This document shows positions 51,494-64,000 of a DNA stretch of 64,000 bases, in pieces. How positions within the stretch are numbered: position 1 is the stretch's first letter; every line of letters starts with the position of its first letter. Source of the DNA: Octopus vulgaris (lineage: Eukaryota). The stretch lies in contig OX597814.1 of assembly GCA_951406725.2 (NCBI GenBank), positions 127,472,001-127,536,000 of the forward strand, in the 5' to 3' direction. The position numbers and the translations under genes are program-made. The notes beneath the pieces were generated by a model. It searched no databases, was not told the origin of the DNA, and worked only from the letters and a program-made list of their open reading frames with translations.

Positions 51494-53991
51494 TTCGTGT
51501 TGCAAGACAGTGTGTGAGAAAGAATCGTGATGTGGTAGGAGAGAAGTGTGTTCGCATGGATGATGGTTCACTTGCGCTAAATGAGGATGCAAAGAGAGAG
51601 GTTTGGAGATGCCACTATGAAAGGTTGCTGAATAAAGAAAATGAATGGGATAAAGAGAGTCTGCCGAATGTTGACCCAACAGAGGGACCAGCTATCCGAG
51701 TTGATAGTTCCATGGTAGCTAAGGCAATTAGAAGCATGAAGACAGGGAAAGCCCCAGGCCCATCAGGAATTACTGCAGAGATGCTCAAAATATCTGGCAG
51801 TGTCGGCTATAACCTAGTCACCCGTATAGTCAACCAGGTGATACACGAAGGAGTCATACCCAATGACTGGTGTAGCAGCGTACTAGTCAACTGCTACAAA
51901 GGTAAAGGTGATGCCCTAGATACAAATAATTACAGAGGTATCAAGCTGTTGGATCAGGTAATGAAGGTTACGGAGAGGGTCATAGCCCAACTAATTAGAG
52001 AGAGAGTTAGTTTAGATGAGATGCAGTTTGGGTTTGTGCCAGGGAAAAGCACCACTGATGCTATATTCCTGGTAAGGCAGCTGCAGGAGAAATACCTAGC
52101 CAAAGATAAGCCCCTGTACCTGGCTTTCGTTGACATGGAGAAAGCCTTTGATAGGGTCCCCCGATCCCTCATCTGGTAGTCAATGAGGAAACTAGGGATA
52201 GATGAATGGCTGGTGAGGGCTGTGCAAGCCATGTACAGAGATGCCGTAAGCAAGGTTAGGGTTGGCAACATGTACACAGAAGAATTCAAAGTAGAGGTTG
52301 GGGTCCACCAGGGTTCAGTACTCAGCCCCCTCCTATTTATCATAGTCCTCCAGGCAATAACAGAGGAATTCAAGACAGGTTGCCCCTGGGAGCTCCTCTA
52401 TGCTGACGACCTCGCTCTAATTGCTGAGTCACTATCAGAACTGGAGGAGAAGTTCCAGGTGTGGAAGGAGGGTTTAGAATCGAGGGGCCTTAGAGTCAAC
52501 CTAGCTAAAACCAAAGTACTAATAAGTAGAAAGGTAGGCAATCCACAAATGTCCTCAGGAAGATGGCCCTGCTCGATCTGTAGAAAAGGTGTAGGTAGAA
52601 ACTCTATAAGATGTACCCAGTGTAAGCTATGGACACATAAGAGGTGCAGCAATGTCAAAGGTAGGCTAACTGGGAAGATAGATTTTATATGTGGCAGATG
52701 CTTGGGAGCATTGACCTCCGAAAATCTGCAGAAAACAATTTCCGTCACTTTCCAGGGGGAAAATTTAGAAGTAGTTGATAGCTTCCGTTATCTAGGTGAC
52801 CAAGTCAGTAGTGGGGGTGGGTGCGCTGAGAGTGTAACTGCTAGAATAAGAATAGCCTGGGCAAAGTTTAGGGAGCTCTTACCTCTGCTGGTGACTAAAG
52901 GCCTCTCACTCAGAGTAAAGGGCAGACTGTATGATGCATGTGTTCGAACTGCCATGCTACATGGCAGTGAAACATGGGCCGTGACTGCTGAGGACATGCG
53001 TAAGCTCATGAGGAATGAAGCCAGTATGCTCCGATGGATGTGTAATGTCAGTGTACTTACTCGACAGAGCGTTAGTTCCCTGAGAGAAATGTTGTACCTA
53101 AGAAGCATCAGTTGTTGCGTGCAAGAGAGACGATTGCGCTGGTATGGTCATGTGGCGAGAATGGATGAAGATAGGTGTGTGAGAAAGTGCCAATCCCTAG
53201 CAGTTGAGGGGACCTGTGGAAGAGGTAGACCCAGGAAAACCTGGGACGAGGTGGTGAAGCACGACCTTCGAACGTTAGGTCTCACCATGGAAATGACTAG
53301 AGACCGAGACCTATGGAAGTATGCTGTGCGTGAGAAGACCCGGCAAGACTAGTGAAGCCATAACCCGTGGCCCCTACCTGGGACGTAGTCAGTCCACCTG
53401 TGCATACCTTCCTGCTTGTGACACTTGTGAAGACCTGTTGAGGCAAATCAAATCAAAGTCAAATCGAATCAAGTCAAACCAAATCAAAATAGATGAACAT
53501 CAATGGAATTTGTATCCTTGTGGTACCAGTGCCGGTGGCACATAAGAAAACCATCCGAACGGGACCGTAGCCAGTACCGCATCGACTGGCCTCCGTGCCG
53601 TGGGCACGTTACAAACACCATCCGATCGTAGCCGTTCGCCAGCCTCGTCTGGCACCTGTGTCGGTGGCACATAAGAAAAACACCGAAAACACCATATCCG
53701 AGCGTGGCCGTCTGCCAGCCTCATCTGGCACCTGTGTCGGTGGCACATAAAAAACACCATCCGAGCGTGGCCGTCTGCCAGCCTCGTCTGGCACCTGTGT
53801 CGGTGGCACATAAAATCACCCACTACTCTCTCGGAGTGGTTGGCGTTAGAAAGGGCATCAAGCTGTAGAAACACTGCCAGATCTGACTGGCCTGGTGTAG
53901 CCTTCGGGCTTGCCAGACCCCAGTTGAACCGTCCAACCCATGCTAGCATGGAAAGCGGACGTTAAACGATGATGATGATGATGATGATGAT
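51494..53991 (+). mobile_element. 5'-truncated RTE-clade LINE (2.5 kb)
   Basis: RT ORF, repeat-containing 3'UTR, (GAT)n tail, candidate TSD AAAATCA (51487-51493 / 53993-53999). Confidence 0.95.
51496..53352 (+). pseudogene. RTE reverse transcriptase with a single premature stop (TGG->TAG, 52177-52179)
   Basis: KAPGPSGI, NYRGIKLL, QFGF, DMEKAFD, QGSVLSP, YADD, C4HC3 finger, YLG, RLRWYGH, RGRPRKTW all in one frame. Confidence 0.95.
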
Positions 53992-54267
53992 TAAAATCAC
54001 TCCTTACAGATATAAATGTAAAGAATAGACCGAAATTGTTTGACTATCTAATAAGGTCACAATAAATGTCAAACAGGAGTTTAGACAAGACCTCCTGAAA
54101 TCTTATAGACCATGAGACAAACTGCATAAAAGATGAATCATTCAGATCTATGAAAAAAAATTAGCTACAACCTACAACAGACAAACAAGCATAGCACCCA
54201 ACTAATGTTGGTAGCAGATGAGAAATCGAGGGTCAAGACAACTAAGAAGATATTTATGCATGTGCTC

Positions 54268-54307
<40 letters not shown>

Positions 54308-54324
54308 CTATTACCTTCCCTTAG

Positions 54325-54540
54325 TTGGTGAGCTGACAGATTCTTTAGTACATCAGGCAAACCACTCAACTGCATTTTGCTTGTCTTTACATTCTGAGTT
54401 CAAATTCTGCCAGGGTTGCCTTTGCCTTTCACCCTTTGGGGGTTGATGAAATCAGCTCCAATTGAGTAATGGGGCCGATATAATCTACTATCCCCCTCCT
54501 ACAAAGTTTCAGACCTTGTGCCTATAGTAGAGAGGATTAT
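54325..54540 (+). mobile_element. SINE B copy (another at 55075-55280)
   Basis: GGTGAGCTGACAGA head, GAGTTCAAATTC, TTTGCCTTTCACCCTTTGGGGGTTGAT. Confidence 0.75.
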
Positions 54541-55739
54541 TAGCTTCCATCCAACATTTTCTGAATCTGATGACATTTCTTTTATTTTCTCTTTGCTCTG
54601 ACCATGGCCTCTTCCTCCACGAATAAATATTATCTCACTCTCTTTCATTTTTACCTCCTCCCCATCATCATCATCATCATCATTATCATCATCATCGCCC
54701 CCACCCCTTATTCCTCATTGTTTTAATAATTTTCCTTCACTATCATTTCTCCCAATTTATTTATCCTACAAAATAAGTTGACATTCTCTCTCACTCTCTC
54801 TCCCTCCACCTCACTCTCTCTCCTTTCACCTCACTCTCTCTCCATCCACCTCACTCTCTCTCTCCCTCACCTCACTCTCTCTCCCTTAACCTCACTCTCT
54901 CTCTCTCGCCTTCCTCTCTTTCTCTTTCAGTTCAATACTTTTGACTTTTCATTTTCCTCGCAATATAAAATTTATTCCACTGAATTATTTATATAACTAA
55001 TTGCTGACACAGAACATCACTAATTTCCTCAAACTCTACTGTTTTACTGATACAGTTATGGTCAGTCTAATAGCTGCAAGCTGGCAAAATTGTTAGTGCA
55101 TCAAACAAAATGTTTAGTATCATTTCTTTTGGCTCTTCATGTTCTGATTTCAAATGCAGCCAAGGACAACTTTTATCCTTTTGGGAGTTGATAAAATAAG
55201 TAATAATCAAGTACTGGGTTTGATGTAATTAACTAGCTACACTCTTAAAATTTCAGGCCTTGTGCCAAAATTTGAAACCATAGTTACAGCTGGTTTTATT
55301 CTGTTTGGTAAGTCAATCTGCTTTTATACTTGGAAAATCATAAAGGGGCCATTCTGAGGACACACAAGAAATATGAAGTCAATATGAAACAATTCCAGAT
55401 CTTTCAGTGTTAGAATAGTTAACGATATATTAAGTATTTTATCTTTTCTTCAGTTCTTAGAATATCTCCTTGAGCAAAATACTTAATTTTCACGGAAATT
55501 ATAAAATTGTTAATGACCTACTTGTCATTTTAATAATAAACAACATCCTATGTTTATGATACTACCCTTCATTCGTATGTAACTTTCATACACAGCAATC
55601 ATGCACACATGACCTAAATACTTCACCCTTGATATACGCTGCTTCTATGGACAAAGACTTTTGGAACATCCTCCAATGAGAACATAAGAAACTAATCTCC
55701 TTTAACAACACAGAGACAACCATGAAACTTATCAAATAT

Positions 55740-56143
55740 AGGCATAGGAGTGGCTGTGTGGTAAGTAGTTTGCTTACCAACCACATGGTACTGGGTTCAG
55801 TCCCACTGCTTGGCACCTTGGGCAAGTGTCTTCTACTATAGCCTTGGGCCGACCAAAACCTTGTGAGTGGATTTGGTAGACGGAAACTGAAAGAAGCCTG
55901 TCGTATATATGTATATATATGTGTGTGTGTGTGTGTATGTTTGTGTGTTTGTGTTTGTCCACCCAACATCGCTTGACAAACGATGCTGGTGTGTTTACGT
56001 CCCCATAACTTAGTGGTTCGGCAAAATAGAGAATAAGTACTAGGCTTACAAAAAATAAGTCCTGGGGTCGATTTGCTCGACTAAAGGCGGTGCTCCAGCA
56101 TGGCTACAGTCAAATGGCTGAAACAAGTAAAAGAGTAAAAGAG
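55740..56143 (+). mobile_element. CORE-like SINE A, full length
   Basis: Head, CORE-like motif, tail. Confidence 0.9.
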
Positions 56144-56360
56144 TAACTCTTTAGCATTCAGATTTTTCTGTCAAATGTAATTCACTTCATTTTAAATCAA
56201 CCAAACATTATTTTATAGCTTTGAGATATCAATGATGTGATTGTTTAATTTTAAAATAACACTGTAGTGTAGGTACGAGTGACCAGATCCGACCAGCTTG
56301 AAGATAGAACAGGTGGAATATTTTGACCAGATATGGTCAGTTTAAATCCTGAAGGGTTAA
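56144..56360. mobile_element. piggyBac-like MITE (second truncated copy 56581-56765)
   Basis: TAACTCTTTAGCATTCA...TTTAAATCCTGAAGGGTTAA; the second copy begins TTAACCCTTT. Confidence 0.65.
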
Positions 56361-57374
56361 ATAATCTTATATAACACACTCTCTAGCCATGAACTACCAC
56401 TCAGCTAAAACATTCAAGGAGTTATAAATGCTATAGGCCTTAAAATCACAAATAATCTCTTGTGATAATGCAACAGGGGCCTAATCAGCATCTTACGGAC
56501 TAACCTTCGCTTGGTAGGCCAAGAAAATACTTGAATTCTGATGAGCAACTAATTTTCTACATGCTGAAGCAAGATACATATTAACCCTTTAGCATTCAAA
56601 TTATTTTGTAAACTGTAATGCTTTTTCATTCACGTTGTTTTTAATTAATTGCGCATTATTTTGTAGCTTCAAAATTTTGATGATGTGATTGTATATTTTT
56701 TGAATGACATTGAAGGGTATGTGTGATAGGTTGGATCTGGTTGGTTAGAACATAAAACAGATAGCATGTGTGACATCTTAGGCAAGTGTCTTCTACTATA
56801 GCCTCAGGCAGACCAAAGTTTTGTGAGTGGATTTGGTAGACAAACAAAAGAAAGAGGTGCCCAGTACATTTAATAGTGGTTACATGTATTATTATTTAAG
56901 ACAGTTTGATTTGGCTCCATGCAACTTAAAAGTTTTGCAGGCTTCTAACAGAAACCAAGCTCATTCAGCCTCAGATTGCAGAATGGAGAGATACAGGAAT
57001 ATGCTTATTTCCCCACTCCCCATGGACAATGCTGTTGTAATTACTTTAGTATACATATTAGTTTAAATACTAATGGGTTAAAGTACTGGTCACATATCTA
57101 GAATGGTGCTACTATTAAACAAATATCTTAGAGCACACTCAAAAAAGCCATCTAGCTGATTGGCAAAATTTTACTCACGAGCACATTACAACTGCTGAAT
57201 TGGAGACACAATGTTTCTTCTTTCAGCTTAATCTCCCACAACTGTAATAACCTCTGCTTCACTAAACAAGCTTGCTGTGTACCATTTCCAACCAAGCCAA
57301 TCTAACATAATTATCTTCCTTTCCTACTTTGTCTCACAGCTGACATCTGGTACTAAATTCATTGCTCAGTCTTT

Positions 57375-57787
57375 CCTGGCAATTGACCTGCTATGCTTGA
57401 GGAGACCTATTGAGTCAAGTACATCAATATCAAAATAAATATCAAATGGAAATTGTAGTTGTGATACCTGTGCCGGTGGCACATAAAAATCACCATCCGA
57501 ATACGGTTGATGCCAGCGCCGCCTTGACTGGCTTCTGTGCCGGTGGCACGTAAAAAGCACCAACCAATCATGGCTGCTGCCAGCCTCTCCTGGCACCTGT
57601 GCTGGTGGCATGTAAAAAGCACCCACTACACTCATGGAGTGGTTGGCGTTAGGAAGGGCATCCAGCTGTAGAAACACTGCCAGATCAGACTGGAGCCTGG
57701 TGCAGTCTCCTGGCTTCCCAGACCCCGGTCAAACCGTCCAACCCATGCTAGCACAGAAAATGAACGTTAAACGATGATGATGATGAT
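57375..57787 (+). mobile_element. RTE 3'UTR stub
   Basis: Subrepeats, tail, (GAT)n. Confidence 0.85.
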
Positions 57788-58646
57788 AATTCTCAGTAAT
57801 CCTTCAGAATTTCCTTTCCATCCACAGTTTTTGTGCAAACTTCACCCTATAGATATTAAATCGAACACCAGCCATATCAATCTCAACAATCTAGGAACAT
57901 TTCTCTCTCTCTCTTGCTAAACACACACACACACACACTGTGCCTCTACAGCTTCCGTCAGTTAAATCATACTCACATGATTTTGATCAACCTTAGGCTA
58001 TAATTGAAGACACAAGCCCTATGTGCCACACTCAGTGGCACTAGGTTTCGAATCACGCAGTTGCAAGACAAGCTTCTTAACCACACAATTATTCCTGGTT
58101 ACTTTTACTTAAAGGATTTATTTTCCCTCCATTTTGATGTTTTCAACAAGGATGTGAATAACATTTCACAAATGGCTGGCTTTTATTTGAATCAGTTTAT
58201 GATAATTAGGTTAGAAAATTTGAAGTCCTTGCTTGTTTTGAATGACTTAAAATAAACTATTAAGTTCAGATGAATATGACATGATTCTGAACTATTTCAT
58301 TCTGCTTCACTGAAAACTATGATGAAATGTTTTAATAATGTGAAATGGCTTTGACTAATAAGAAGTCATGTGTAATTTATCTACATGTCCTGTTCATGAT
58401 AATTAAAGTTATTAACGAAAGTTCTGAATGTTTTGAAATAAAGAATAGAGATTGAAAGCCAGAGACTGGCAGTGAATATTTGAATTTTAGTTTTTTTAAA
58501 CTGTACAATTTTGCAACAAACTCTTTAGATTGTTCTCAACAACTTTTCACTGATTCAATCAATACCCATGTTTAACACTTTTACCAAGTAGAATTTGATA
58601 GACAGACACTGCAGAGGCCTGATATATGTGTGTGTGCGTGCGTGCA

Positions 58647-58697
<51 letters not shown>

Positions 58698-58730
58698 ATA
58701 TTATCGCTTACTGCCTTCCATGCTGGCATG

Positions 58731-58774
<44 letters not shown>

Positions 58775-58789
58775 TATATATATATGTAT

Positions 58790-59052
58790 ATGTTTGATCA
58801 TTGCCAGAGAGGTCGTTGCCAGTGTCGCTGGACTGGCTCCTGTGCAGGTGGCACGTAATAAACACCATTTGAGCGTGGCTGTTGCCACTACCACCTGACT
58901 CTCATAGTGGTTGGCATTAGGAGGGGCATCCAGCTGTAGAAACTCTGCCAGATCAGATTGGAGCCTGGTGCAGCCATCTGGTTTGCCAGTCCTCAGTAAA
59001 ATCATCCAACCCATGCTAGCATGGAAAGCGGATGTTAAACGATGATGATGAT
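58790..59052 (+). mobile_element. RTE 3'UTR stub within (TA)n
   Basis: Conserved tail and (GAT)n. Confidence 0.85.
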
Positions 59053-59059
59053 GTATATG

Positions 59060-59129
<70 letters not shown>

Positions 59130-59138
59130 GATATATAT

Positions 59139-59223
<85 letters not shown>

Positions 59224-59226
<3 letters not shown>

Positions 59227-59445
59227 CAACATGTGATCTCTTGAGCACCACTAGCAAAAATATTTTTTCCTCTGTCTTCCCTTCTTGGGATCTTTCCTTC
59301 TCCTTGTTTCCGACGAAGAGCTCCGCTCGAAACGTTAAACCCTCCTTCCCTTCTTTCCTGAGCGTCAATAATACTTTAATTGTTCCACGTCCTCACGTTG
59401 CTGTGTTTTTTTTTTCTCTTTTTTTCTGTGTTTTCTTGTTTGGAT

Positions 59446-59449
<4 letters not shown>
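59224..59449 (+). mobile_element. Short element with hammerhead-like motif in (TA)n (family H4)
   Basis: Long (TA)n on both sides; motif at 59306-59340. Confidence 0.65.
59306..59340 (+). ncRNA. Minimal hammerhead-like motif, variant core
   Basis: GTTT-CCGACGA-A-GAGC TCC GCTC-GAAAC-GTT-AAAC; U4->C deviation. Confidence 0.55.
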
Positions 59450-59520
<71 letters not shown>

Positions 59521-60463
59521 GTGAGTGGACAAACAAAAGAAAGAGGTATTCAACACATTTTGTAGGAGTTGCATATATGATTTAAACCAGTTTAATTCGG
59601 TTCCATGTGATTTAAAGTTCTAATGGAAACCTAACTTCTCTGGCTCACTTAACCAAATGATTCAGCTAACTGATTCCAATAAACTAGATTTCCACAAAAA
59701 AGCCTATGAAGCTTTAAGTTGCATGGGGCTGAATCAACCTCTTTTAAATAATAATACAACACACACACACACACAAAGGAGGTAGCAACAGAGACAGACA
59801 GAATTTTATTGTGTTTTGGGGAGTGGGGGTTATTAAGCCAATAATAGACTTATGCACTAGTTCTATTTCCCTTCTTTTATTAATGTTGTTGTTGTTGTTG
59901 TTATTATTGTTATTATTATTATTAGTCAATTGTTTAACCAGTTGACCACTTAATTAATCAGTTGCTTGATCACTCATTCAGTCAATCAATCAATCAACTA
60001 GATTTTTCAAAGTCATTTATTTCATTGCCATTCATGACCTCATCAATGACATACCCTCTCTACACCCAGGTCTGCTTCAGGCCTGTTTCTGATCTGTCTT
60101 CATCCAATGCTCATGTCTTACTGCTACACAATATCAGACTTAGTACACAGAGATTATACAATCTGCCCTTCATTCAGAGAGAGAGAAGCCTCTTGTTGCC
60201 ACCCTGATTTCATGCTGGGCACTATACTTTCATGACACCCCTATTCTCTGCAGATTAGGTAACCTAGGTAGTTGGACATATCGACTACTTCTGGTAAGTC
60301 TTCTTGGTTGTTCAAAGAGTTCATTCCATGGACACCCTTATTGCTAACTATTCCTGAACATTTACTTAAGATGAACTTTTTTGTCTATTAACCGGCCCAT
60401 GATCCCATTGTATGTTTTATGCACATATACTCTATATTTGGTATATGGTACAGAATCCTTAAT

Positions 60464-60775
60464 GGAGGTGCAATGGCCCAATGGTTAGGGCAGCGGACTC
60501 GCGGTCGGAGGATCACAGTTTCAATTCCCAGACCAGGCGCTGTGTGTGTTTATTGAGTGAAAACAGCTAAAGCTCCATGAGGCTCCGGCAGGGGGTGGTA
60601 GTGACCCCTATTGTACTCTTTTGCCCCAACTTTCTCTCACTCTCTCTTCCTGTTTCTTGAGTAACATTGCGATGGACTGGTGTCCCGTCCAAGCTGGTGG
60701 GGAACACATACACCACAGAAACCGGGAAACCGGGCCCATGAGCCTGGCTAGGCTTGAAAAGGGCACATAAATAAA
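60464..60775 (+). mobile_element. tRNA(Arg)-like SINE family C
   Basis: TGGCCCAATGG A box, GGACTCGCGGTC anticodon-like arm (TCG), B box-like GTTTCAATTCC; homologous to 44468-44773. Confidence 0.8.
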
Positions 60776-61048
60776 ACCAGAGTCCTTACCTGCTCCTTTC
60801 CCACATATGAACCATGGCCACATCTCAGTGGCTGTACAGTTTGATATTTTCTCCTACTACAACTTTTGTCTTTGTCAGTTGATATTTTGGCCTGTGATTC
60901 TAAGCCCTGTCTATAAGTTTAGAACTTTTCCTTTATCTCTCTCTCTCTCTCTCTCTCTCCCTCTCATTCTCTCTCTGTGTATACATACATATATGTGTGT
61001 GTATGTGTGTAAGTATGTATTATGTATGTAGGCATACATGGATGGATG

Positions 61049-61092
<44 letters not shown>

Positions 61093-61873
61093 TGTGTGTG
61101 TGAGTGTATGTATGTGTGTGTATACATACCTAGAGACACATGCATATATGTCATATATGCATGTGTGTGTGTATGTCTGCATATATATATTTATATATAG
61201 TGCATGTATATCTTAGTATATTACAAAAAATTCAATAGTATCTTTTGTTTAGAAACACTTCATTCAGTATATGCGTGTGTGTTCATGTGAGTATGTGTTC
61301 ACGTGTATATGTGTGCACATGTGTGTAGACAAAGTAAGTCATGTAATGAAACAAAGCTTATTAGATATAAATGGAGTTGAAAGAAACCAGTGGAAAATTC
61401 ACTCCCTTTCTCTCATTCTCTTTGTCTCTGTCTCTTTCTCTCTCTCACACACACCACACACCTACTCCCATACAGACACACACTAATTGTTACTCATAAA
61501 ACATGAAGGTCAACTTGTCAGTTATTAATTAATATATATTATATTAATAACTTGAAGTTATTAAAGGTATTTCATAGTAAAATAGGTAAGTGCTAACAGA
61601 TGTTACAATTTCTGAAACAATTATTGATATAATCTCTAAACCTCTTTCATAAACTGAACTGATTGACAAGCAGAAGATATGTCCAAATTTCAATGAGTTA
61701 TTTATTTACTCAGCTTTGTGCTGCCATCTCCATATAAACGTCAGTAGGTAGCAACTATTTCACAAACCCACAGGGACCCTTTTGTTACCTATTTCTGTTG
61801 AAATATGCTACCTTTGCTTAAATTTTTTTTAATAATACTTAAGACTTTAGCAGAATAATTTTGTCATCATTAA

Positions 61874-62089
61874 CCCTTTTGTAACTGTATTTATTTTGAG
61901 ATGCTCTGTGTTTCTTTCAATTAATTTTAAATATAACAAAGAATTTAGTAAAATACCTTAGTTATCATTAAGCTAGTGTTAGGAACATAAATAGTGACTA
62001 AAGTTTGGTAGAAGATTTTAATTCAAAACTTATGAAAACAAGACATTTTTACTACAGAGCCAGTTTCAGCCTGGTTGGTAATGAAAGGG
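61874..62089. mobile_element. piggyBac-like MITE nested in an older homologous copy (61777-62205)
   Basis: TTAA-CCCTTT...AAAGGG-TTAA; flanks align to the same family. Confidence 0.8.
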
Positions 62090-62322
62090 TTAAGATGGTG
62101 CTTAGAAAAAAAATTTACATGAAATTTTAATGGGAAGTTTAATTTAGAGAGGAAATTTGTATCACTGAAGCAAGGGCATTCTCAGGCAGGTTGGCATTAA
62201 AATGGTTAAACAGCATTGGAAACTTGAAGATATTGATTTTTTTTCTCAGACACAAAGCCACAGCTATCTCCTTAGTTTTTTATTTTTATGTTGAATGGTG
62301 ATTGTGGTGGAGGGACTGAAGT

Positions 62323-63027
62323 TCATCATCATCATCATCATCGTTTAACGTCCGTTTTCCATGTTAGCATGAGTTGGATGATTTGACTGAGGACTGGCAA
62401 ACTAGATGGCTGCACCAGGCCCCAATCTGATCTGGTAGAGTTTCAACAGCTGGATGCCCATTCTAATGCCAACCACTCTGAGAGTGTAGTGAGTGCTTTT
62501 ATGTGCCACCGGCACGAGGGCCAGTCAGGCGGTACTGGCAACGGCCACACTCAGATGGTGTTTTTTACATGCCACCTGCACAGGAGCCAGTGCAGCGGCA
62601 CTAGCAACAACATCGCTCGAATATTTTTTCACGTGCCACTGGCATAAGTGCCAGTAAGGCAAAACTGGTAACAATCACACTCGAATGGTGCTTTTTATGT
62701 GCCACCGGCATGGAAGCAAATTAGTTGCTCTGGCAATGATCACACTTGGATGGTGGTCTTAGCACTCCACTAGCACGGATGCCAGTCATCGAATTTGATT
62801 TCAATTTCACTTGCCTCAACAGGTCTTTGCAAGCAGAGTTTAGTGTCCAATGAAGGGAAGGTATGCATAAGTGGGCTGGTTGAACCCCTGGCATAGGCCA
62901 CGAGGTTATGGTCTCACTTGGCTTGCTGGGCCTTCTCATGCACAACATATTTCCAAAGGTCTCGGTCACTAGTCATTGCCTCGGTGAGGCCTAATGTTCG
63001 AAGATCGTGCTTCACTATTTCATCCCA
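62323..63027 (-). mobile_element. RTE 3' fragment (ORF end + 3'UTR)
   Basis: WDEIVKHDLRTLGLTEAMTSDRDLWKY on the minus strand, subrepeats, tail. Confidence 0.9.
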
Positions 63028-63671
63028 TCAAACTCACTATATGACAGAGGCTTATTATATCAACACAGAATGAGGAAAATAAACGTAAACCTCAATAGGT
63101 TCGAATTCTGAAAGTAAAGGTCCACAACCTAATACTGTAAGACATCTCGTCTGCTGGTCTAATAATTCTGCCAACAGCCCCTATTCTATGCTCTTTGTCT
63201 TTTAGGGGTATTGCTAATAATCTTGTAATAGCTCAGCTACAAAAAAATAAGCAATTTCGGGTGATAGCATGATGATGAATATGAAGTAGTTAACTGTCTT
63301 GTTTCAATCTTGTAACTGATATATATATATTTAGTATTGACGTACAATTATACATTGGTTTATACAAATAAAGAAAAACTCACACTCATCATTGTCATCA
63401 GGATCATCATTGTCGTTGTCATCATCATGATCATCATTCAATGTCTGTTTTCCATAAAGGTGTGGGTTGGACAGTTTGACAGAATCCAATGGTCCAAGAT
63501 TGCACCATACTCCAAAGTCTGCTTCAGCATAGTTTCTACAGCTGGATGCCCTTCTTAATACTAACCACTATACAGTGTGTGCTGGGTGCTTTATTTGTGC
63601 CACCAGCACTACTGAGGTTGCCATTTAGCTTGCAAACCTACTAACTCATACGTTTGTACATACATACTTAC

Positions 63672-64000
63672 ATCAAAACTTCTGTCAAATGTAAACATAA
63701 CAGGCCAAATATTGTCTTTTGGGACAGAGAGGCAAAGGTAGATACCATCATAGAGGTACTACCTACCCTGCAGATATAAATATCTCTTTGAATATCAAAG
63801 AAAAAGAGGATATCTATGGACAACTGTTTTGAAACCTCCAGCTTCTATATCCAGATTATGAATTTATATTCGTACCAATAATAATTGGAGCACTAGGTTT
63901 TGTTAGCAAATGCTTAAAGGAGAATCTGGGGTAACTAGGATTTTCAAAAAGAAAAATTGACCAACTAATTCGTACATTACAAGTCCAATCTGTGAGTGGA
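63672..64000 (+). pseudogene. Restriction-like endonuclease domain remnant of an R4/Dong-type non-LTR retrotransposon
   Basis: HNRPNIVFWD...IIEV...PADIN...KEKEDIY...VPIIIGALG with a frameshift and stops. Confidence 0.75.

Noticed and set aside
44468-60540. tRNA genes at 44468, 50376 and 60464
   Set aside because: Acceptor stems do not close and each continues into a SINE body; these are tRNA-derived heads

Overview
AT-rich, microsatellite-saturated eukaryotic intergenic/intronic DNA. The repeat families suggest an octopus or other coleoid cephalopod; this is an inference. No intact host protein-coding gene is evident, and almost all short ORFs in the track are microsatellite or repeat artefacts. 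The window contains: three large 5'-truncated RTE-clade LINE copies (PHD-like C4HC3 finger inside the RT region, 3'UTR with ~60-bp hairpin repeats) plus ~20 RTE 3' stubs; a decayed CR1/L2 LINE; a Gypsy integrase remnant; an R4/Dong-type endonuclease remnant; at least four tRNA-derived SINE families; DD37D (maT) and mariner remnants; hAT, piggyBac-like and pogo-like MITEs; a non-autonomous Helitron; and a 37-bp minisatellite. The most striking signal is invisible in the ORF track. At least five unrelated short non-coding element families, mostly sitting in (TA)n tracts, each carry a minimal type-I hammerhead ribozyme motif (CUGANGA-stem II-GAAA-stem III-UH, closed by stem I). They occur as monomers, head-to-head inverted pairs (including a ~324-bp near-perfect palindrome), a 523-nt unit with a 55-bp terminal direct repeat, and a tRNA-head SINE chimera. 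This looks like a Penelope-associated or retrozyme-like ribozyme retroelement community. All structures were read by eye and need computational and experimental confirmation.
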